From: Ignavibacteriales bacterium | GTDB lineage: Bacteria; Bacteroidota; Ignavibacteria; Ignavibacteriales; Melioribacteraceae | Length of the DNA stretch: 64,000 nt | Reading direction: 5' to 3' | NCBI GenBank assembly: GCA_016177735.1 | Contig: JACOUS010000026.1 | Span: forward strand, 2,375 to 66,374 | Shown here: piece by piece, positions 59,420 through 64,000 of the stretch | How positions within the stretch are numbered: the stretch's first letter is position 1 | Layout of the letters: each line of letters begins with the position of its first letter | Made by a program: the position numbers and the translations under genes | The notes under the pieces: model-generated | Databases searched by the model: none | The model's input: only the letters and a program-made list of their open reading frames with translations | What the model was told of the DNA's origin: nothing

Positions 59420-59936
59420 TTGTTTCCGGTCTCCCCTTCTTAAAGATCAATTCGAAAATTATTACGCCGCACATAAAATAAAAAGTAAGAAACATCAAAG
59501 TTGATGAGACTATTGTGAGGTAAATAAAATTTTTATCGATGTATCGCACAAGCCAGATCGAACCGAATGTTAGAACAACAGATATCAGCGGTTCTGCCAT
59601 CAAAAAACTTTTCCAAAATCCGTTAATAATAGAATTGAAGTAAAAAATTATTCCGATAGAAAAAAAAGCTAATGAAAGCCCGAAAATGTGGTTGTGTGTT
59701 GTAATCAACATTTCACTGATCGGCTTTGCGTATTGATCGGGTATGTCAAAATCATCACCCTGATTTTTTTCTGCGGTTTCCGAACCGTTAAATCTTTCTA
59801 CCGCACCTTTTGGCGTTAATGATGTTGTTGTACTTAGATATACCAAGCCAACACCGGTGCCGATTGAAATTACAACAACAAATATCAGCAAAAAAGATTT
59901 TAATTCTTTCGGCAGCAGATAAAGACAAATACTCAT
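59409..59936 (-). CDS. Uncharacterised 4-TM membrane protein with HxH motif
   Basis: Four hydrophobic helices, a loop after TM1 and TTHNHIFG at the start of TM2; ATGA-coupled to the upstream FMN-binding gene. Confidence 0.7.
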   Translation of the reverse strand: MSICLYLLPKELKSFLLIFVVVISIGTGVGLVYLSTTTSLTPKGAVERFNGSETAEKNQGDDFDIPDQYAKPISEMLITTHNHIFGLSLAFFSIGIIFYFNSIINGFWKSFLMAEPLISVVLTFGSIWLVRYIDKNFIYLTIVSSTLMFLTFYFMCGVIIFELIFKKGRPETIIV

Positions 59937-60469
59937 AAAATATTTTTTACCTCTTTGTAAAGAAGAACCAATTTTTTGATGCCGCGTGTTACCGAATTTA
60001 CCGAAATGGTTGCCCCGCTGATTGAATTGATCTCTTTTCCAATTTGGAAGGACGAATTCTCGTCCCTCCCTTTAAATTGTTTCAACCAATTTTCTTCGGT
60101 TACTTGTCCACCGTAGGATTCTCTGTATTTAATAATTTCGCTTGTTATTACTTTCCCGTCATTATCGAGGATAACAAGAAAAGTTATCGGAAGCGATTTG
60201 CCGTTTACATTATCTAAAATTGCGGTACTGATGTTTTTCTCCCCGTCAAAAATTTTCCACACATAAACAAAATCGTTGTGAAATCTTTGTCCGGCAGATT
60301 TTTCAACTTTGTTCTTTACATCAGCCGGTATTGCAAATTTTTCGAACCGCAATTCGTAACGGTTCGAATAATATGATCGAAGAAATTCTTCTGCTTCATC
60401 TTTCAATGTTCTGTTCGCATTGGAAAATATCAAATCAAATAATAAAAAGGCAATCGTAAAAAATTTCAT
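59933..60469 (-). CDS. Exported FMN-binding (flavinylation-substrate) protein
   Basis: Signal-like N-terminus, GKSLPITF, YRESYG, WLKQF.G, INSISGATIS ([S/T]GA[S/T] flavinylation motif). Confidence 0.85.
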   Translation of the reverse strand: MKFFTIAFLLFDLIFSNANRTLKDEAEEFLRSYYSNRYELRFEKFAIPADVKNKVEKSAGQRFHNDFVYVWKIFDGEKNISTAILDNVNGKSLPITFLVILDNDGKVITSEIIKYRESYGGQVTEENWLKQFKGRDENSSFQIGKEINSISGATISVNSVTRGIKKLVLLYKEVKNIL

Positions 60470-60483
60470 CGCTTCCTCATTTA

Positions 60484-61548
60484 TTAAAACATGTAGCCTA
60501 CGCCAAGATTAAACGATTTGGTTTTGAGATCGCCAAGTTCACGTTTGCGAACACCATAATCTGCTTTGAATACAACCTGATCAAGCGGTTTAACCGAAAG
60601 ACCGACCATCCAGTATGTGTAGTGATTTTGTTTTTCGGAATTGCCGCTGCTCACTGTTTCGTATGCTGTGTTATAATCGGTGTATCGTACAAAAGGAATC
60701 ACTTTCGTTTCAATATTCAAAAGACTGCTAACGTTATAGCCGAGATCAAAATAATATCCGCGTGAAGTCTGCAAATTTCCTTTTTCGTAATCGATGTTGC
60801 CGAATTCAAAATTTGCATAGATATTATCTTTTGCATATTGCCCGTGCAAATCAATTATATTTATTTTGTTAGAAGAAGTATCGCCGGATGCTTTATTGTA
60901 TGTATACGATCCGCCGATTTTTAATCCCGGGAAACCGACATAATCCAATCTGAAATTATAGAGTAAGTTTTTTGCATCGGCTTTGAATCCTTTTCTTCTG
61001 CCGCTGCGGATTCCGCCGCTCTCGCTGAATTTTTCGTTATTCAACCCTTCCATAATTGTTATTTTATAATCGAACGACATGTGCCTACCGTAAAACGCAA
61101 TTCCGTTTCCAAACCAGGTTGTAGGAATAATCTTGTTGTTGTATTCGGGGCGCTCAACACCAAAAAATATCGGCGGCTCGTGATATTCATTTATTAATCC
61201 GATTGATGGAAGAACAACGCCGGCTTGAAATCCAAACCAATCTGCGTAATGATAATTAATATATGCTTGTTCCAATTCCAATTCGCCGTCGCCTCCTTCA
61301 ACATAATTATGTTCCAATTCAAGTTCGGATTTGAACGACCACTTCTCGCTCCACGAATATCCAAGAAATGTTACAAATCTGTGAAAATCAAATGACTGCG
61401 TTACCGGCTTGTTATCAACTTTTTCACTGTTGTAGTGAAGTTCACCATAAGCAGAAACAGTCAATTTGGGTTCAAAGAATTCATCATTTTGTGCTGAAAG
61501 ATTTATTGTGAAAACGATTAAAATGAGTGCAAAAAACAAGTTCTTCAT
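60484..61548 (-). CDS. Outer-membrane porin (phosphate-selective porin O/P-like beta-barrel)
   Basis: Signal peptide LSA-Q; YGELHYN, FHRFV, ELELEH, ELEQAY, GLINEYHEP, IIPTTW; C-terminal GVGYMF. Confidence 0.8.
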   Translation of the reverse strand: MKNLFFALILIVFTINLSAQNDEFFEPKLTVSAYGELHYNSEKVDNKPVTQSFDFHRFVTFLGYSWSEKWSFKSELELEHNYVEGGDGELELEQAYINYHYADWFGFQAGVVLPSIGLINEYHEPPIFFGVERPEYNNKIIPTTWFGNGIAFYGRHMSFDYKITIMEGLNNEKFSESGGIRSGRRKGFKADAKNLLYNFRLDYVGFPGLKIGGSYTYNKASGDTSSNKINIIDLHGQYAKDNIYANFEFGNIDYEKGNLQTSRGYYFDLGYNVSSLLNIETKVIPFVRYTDYNTAYETVSSGNSEKQNHYTYWMVGLSVKPLDQVVFKADYGVRKRELGDLKTKSFNLGVGYMF

Positions 61549-61587
61549 TTGTACAGCTCCCTTTTTATATTGGTAAATGTAATTTTT

Positions 61588-61606
61588 ATTTAGACTAAAT
61601 ATAAAT
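61588..61606. promoter_or_regulatory. Candidate Fur-type (Bacteroidota) metal-responsive operator
   Basis: Imperfect 9-1-9 palindrome ATTTAGACT-A-AATATAAAT about 40 nt upstream of the porin ATG. It resembles the ATTTAGAAT-N-ATTCTAAAT box recalled for Bacteroidota iron-uptake genes. Confidence 0.5.
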
Positions 61607-61657
61607 TAGAGAGAGTAATTTTACAACTCTTTGCTGAAAAAATTTCTAAAAAAAATT

Positions 61658-62521
61658 TTATTGGAGTGGATTTGTTACTTCGGCAAGAATAATCCATGAG
61701 GATTTTTTTTTCTGCCATACTCGCATGTAATTATATTTTATAGGTTGTTCGGATGGGCTTTTGTGGACGAGCAAAGTACCGTAAGTATAACCAATATCTT
61801 TCGATGAAGAAATTTTGCCGTCCGCCGGAATGAATTCATGCTTCCCTTCCAATCGCGACAAATATTCTTCTATTGATTTTGTACCATTAATTGGTAATAA
61901 TTCATCGCGCAGTAATCGAGTTGATGAGTCAATATATTTTTTATAAGATGCTTGTAACCCATTACTATTCGTCTCGTTAGCAAATTGTTTATCGAGTAAA
62001 ATCAATCCATCAGCCGACAGCGGCTCAACAATTTTTTGATTTTGGGAACGTGCGAAATCAGTATTATATTTGAGCGGAGATTCAATCTCAGCGGGCTTAT
62101 CGTTGGAGTTTCCAAAATCAATTAAAAATTTCCAACTGCCATCCTTTTGTAATTGCCACACAGTACAGAAATTTCCAAAAGCTATAGGAGCACTATCTTT
62201 ATCTTTTTTATAATCCCACGGTCCAATAGTAAAACCCATACAACCATCGGATGATATTTCAGCGGCAACCGGATACCAACTCAATAAGCCGGCGGCCGGT
62301 TCTCTATTAAGTAGAAAGTTTTTCCCGTTAACCGAGGTGGGTCGGAATAAAATTCCATCTTCAGCAATAAATTCAATAAATGCATCTCGCGTATTGACTT
62401 CTGCTGCCCTTGCAGCAAACGAAAACTCTGCGGCTATCAAAGAATTGATGTTGGAATTTTTATTCTGCGGATAAAATGTTGACACAAAAAACAAAACAAA
62501 AAAAATAATTCCACTTTTCAT
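61658..62521 (-). CDS. Exported tandem NTF2-like (DUF4440-like) protein
   Basis: Signal peptide; two repeats with SSDG.MGFT.G / SSSKDIGYTYG and TVW..Q.DGSWK / RVWQK....W. Confidence 0.7.
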   Translation of the reverse strand: MKSGIIFFVLFFVSTFYPQNKNSNINSLIAAEFSFAARAAEVNTRDAFIEFIAEDGILFRPTSVNGKNFLLNREPAAGLLSWYPVAAEISSDGCMGFTIGPWDYKKDKDSAPIAFGNFCTVWQLQKDGSWKFLIDFGNSNDKPAEIESPLKYNTDFARSQNQKIVEPLSADGLILLDKQFANETNSNGLQASYKKYIDSSTRLLRDELLPINGTKSIEEYLSRLEGKHEFIPADGKISSSKDIGYTYGTLLVHKSPSEQPIKYNYMRVWQKKKSSWIILAEVTNPLQ

Positions 62522-62591
62522 TTCGACTCCATTTTACGACGAGTAAATAATAATCTTCCCCATCAACATCAATGGAGTAATTAAGTGCGAA

Positions 62592-63116
62592 TCATTTTTT
62601 TTGTTCTTCCTTCTTCTCAAAATTTAACGAGGCAGAATTAATACAGTACCGCAGCCCGGTTGGATTTGGTCCGTCATTAAACACATGACCGAGATGCCCG
62701 CCGCATTTACTGCATAGCACTTCTATTCTGTACATACTGTGGCTGTAATCATCTTGAGTTGCAATTCTACTTTGAGATTCCGGCGCATAAAAACTAGGCC
62801 AGCCGCAGCCTGAATCAAATTTAGTATCCGATTCAAAAAGTATTTCACCGCAAGCGGCACACTTGTAAATGCCTTCTTCTTTGCTGTCCCAATATTTGCC
62901 GGTGAATGGTCTTTCTGTTCCCCTATCCCGGAGAACGTGATATTGCTCCGGCGTTAAAATCTCTTTCCAATCTTTGTCGGATTTACTCACTTTCTCAGAC
63001 ATAGATTTCCCTTTCTTAATTTCTTTTGTATCGTTTGATTGCTGCGCACTGCATTTTGTTAAGAGCAGAAAAAAGATTACGGCAAAGAAAATTTTCGGGT
63101 AATAATTTCTTTTCAC
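62592..63116 (-). CDS. msrB: Peptide methionine (R)-sulfoxide reductase with N-terminal export/lipoprotein signal
   Basis: [44 protein letters not shown]. Confidence 0.95.
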   Translation of the reverse strand: MKRNYYPKIFFAVIFFLLLTKCSAQQSNDTKEIKKGKSMSEKVSKSDKDWKEILTPEQYHVLRDRGTERPFTGKYWDSKEEGIYKCAACGEILFESDTKFDSGCGWPSFYAPESQSRIATQDDYSHSMYRIEVLCSKCGGHLGHVFNDGPNPTGLRYCINSASLNFEKKEEQKK

Positions 63117-63179
63117 GGTACTACCTTCTTTTTTATCGGTATAGACGGATAGATCGGATTTTCCTTACAAGCAGAAGTG

Positions 63180-64000
63180 CTATCTCATTCTTTTCAAATA
63201 GCTTTCGGTTTCCTCAAGGGAATTAAAATAACCGATACGAACACGGTACCATGTGCCGCCGCGGTTTGAAATGTACACTTCGGTAATGAAAGCATTGTGT
63301 CCCAACTTTTTCAAACGTTCAACTTCAGACTCAGCTTTTGATTTAATTTTCCACGAGGAAACTTGGAAACAGTATTGTGTACCATCGGTAAAAATCGTTC
63401 CGTGCAAATTCTTCTCTTCGGAAAGCGAATAATCCGAATTAGCTTCAGCTGTAGTTTTTGTGGAAGGTTTACTCTCTTTTTGTTTACTCATTGGAGCGGC
63501 TTCTGTTTCCTCACTTAATTTTTTGTCTATAAATTTTTCCGTTAACGATTCCCTTTTATCAATAGTTTTTGAAGTATCCTTTGTTGCAGCTTGCGTTTTC
63601 TCGGATTTAGTTGAAGCAGTTTTCCCTTTAACTGTATTTTTTGAAACTTCTGAGGCGGCACTTTCGTTATTTTTTTTAGTGATTATCTCTACCGATTTAT
63701 CATAAACTGCTTTCATAATCTCGTTGGAATCAATCGGCACAGCTAACGTAGGATTTCCAACAGATAAGCCGGGCAAAGATGTTTCGCCGATAATTTTCCA
63801 GTTGCCGTCATAAAACAAAGTTCCGATTACAGTATATTTTTTTTCCGTTTTGTTGAAAAAAATCTGCGACTTGATGCTCTTTGCATTTTTATTTATCGAA
63901 CCGACAAGCACCGGTTCTTTATAAATAGTGAGGCACAAGGAAGTAATTTGCGATTCTGTTTGTTTTACATTCGATGTATCCAAATAGACATTTTGTTCCG
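63180..64000 (-). CDS. SPOR-domain protein, 5'-truncated at window edge
   Basis: C-terminal YCFQVSSW...AE....L...G..AFI...WYRVRIG.F.S; low-complexity linker; frame is open up to 64000. Confidence 0.8.
   Translation of the reverse strand, partial: EQNVYLDTSNVKQTESQITSLCLTIYKEPVLVGSINKNAKSIKSQIFFNKTEKKYTVIGTLFYDGNWKIIGETSLPGLSVGNPTLAVPIDSNEIMKAVYDKSVEIITKKNNESAASEVSKNTVKGKTASTKSEKTQAATKDTSKTIDKRESLTEKFIDKKLSEETEAAPMSKQKESKPSTKTTAEANSDYSLSEEKNLHGTIFTDGTQYCFQVSSWKIKSKAESEVERLKKLGHNAFITEVYISNRGGTWYRVRIGYFNSLEETESYLKRMR

Noticed and set aside
62592..63116. Selenocysteine-containing MsrB
   Set aside because: The catalytic codon in RYCINS is TGT (Cys); there is no in-frame TGA.
573..63705. Numerous 60-284 aa ORFs antisense to or nested in recognised genes (e.g. 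960-1481, 8865-9719, 17862-18359, 20820-21230, 31237-31677, 55909-56370, 57619-58053)
   Set aside because: Shadow frames of well-supported genes with no recognisable motifs.

Overview
AT-rich bacterial chromosomal window, mostly minus-strand housekeeping genes. Gene content and recurrent TAnnTTTG promoter elements suggest the Bacteroidota/Chlorobi lineage, most likely Ignavibacteriota (inference). Main contents: (1) a ~15 kb respiratory cluster encoding alternative complex III (actA, a 59-aa Tat-like ORF, actB, actC, fused actD-actE, actF), then a monoheme cytochrome c, SCO, an A2-type heme-copper oxidase (I, III, IV, II), heme O synthase and a polytopic membrane cytochrome c; (2) glgA-gmhB-lipoprotein-OM barrel-TPR-glyA-tatC-polyprenyl synthase; (3) hutI plus a split formiminotransferase/cyclodeaminase with a small inverted-repeat element between them, then namZ; (4) a decayed RelE-type toxin-antitoxin pair; (5) thrS-infC(ATC start)-rpmI-rplT-pheST-zapB-like-zapA-6S RNA-rny-coaE; (6) three tRNAs (Val-GAC, Leu-TAA, Ile2/Met-CAT); (7) an ORF6N pseudogene, spoVG-like, PRC-barrel, htpG, tatA, MATE, sufE, rhodanese, EamA; (8) a porin / FMN-binding protein / His-motif membrane protein operon behind a Fur-like palindrome, then msrB and a partial SPOR protein. 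The most unusual signal is two tandem partial copies of tRNA-Val whose 17-nt anticodon arm is replaced by a 17-nt CCGAC-TTC-GTCGG hairpin. Related hairpins recur at stem-loop positions in the 6S RNA, a terminator and the inverted-repeat element. No database searches were run, so family names rest on motif recognition.
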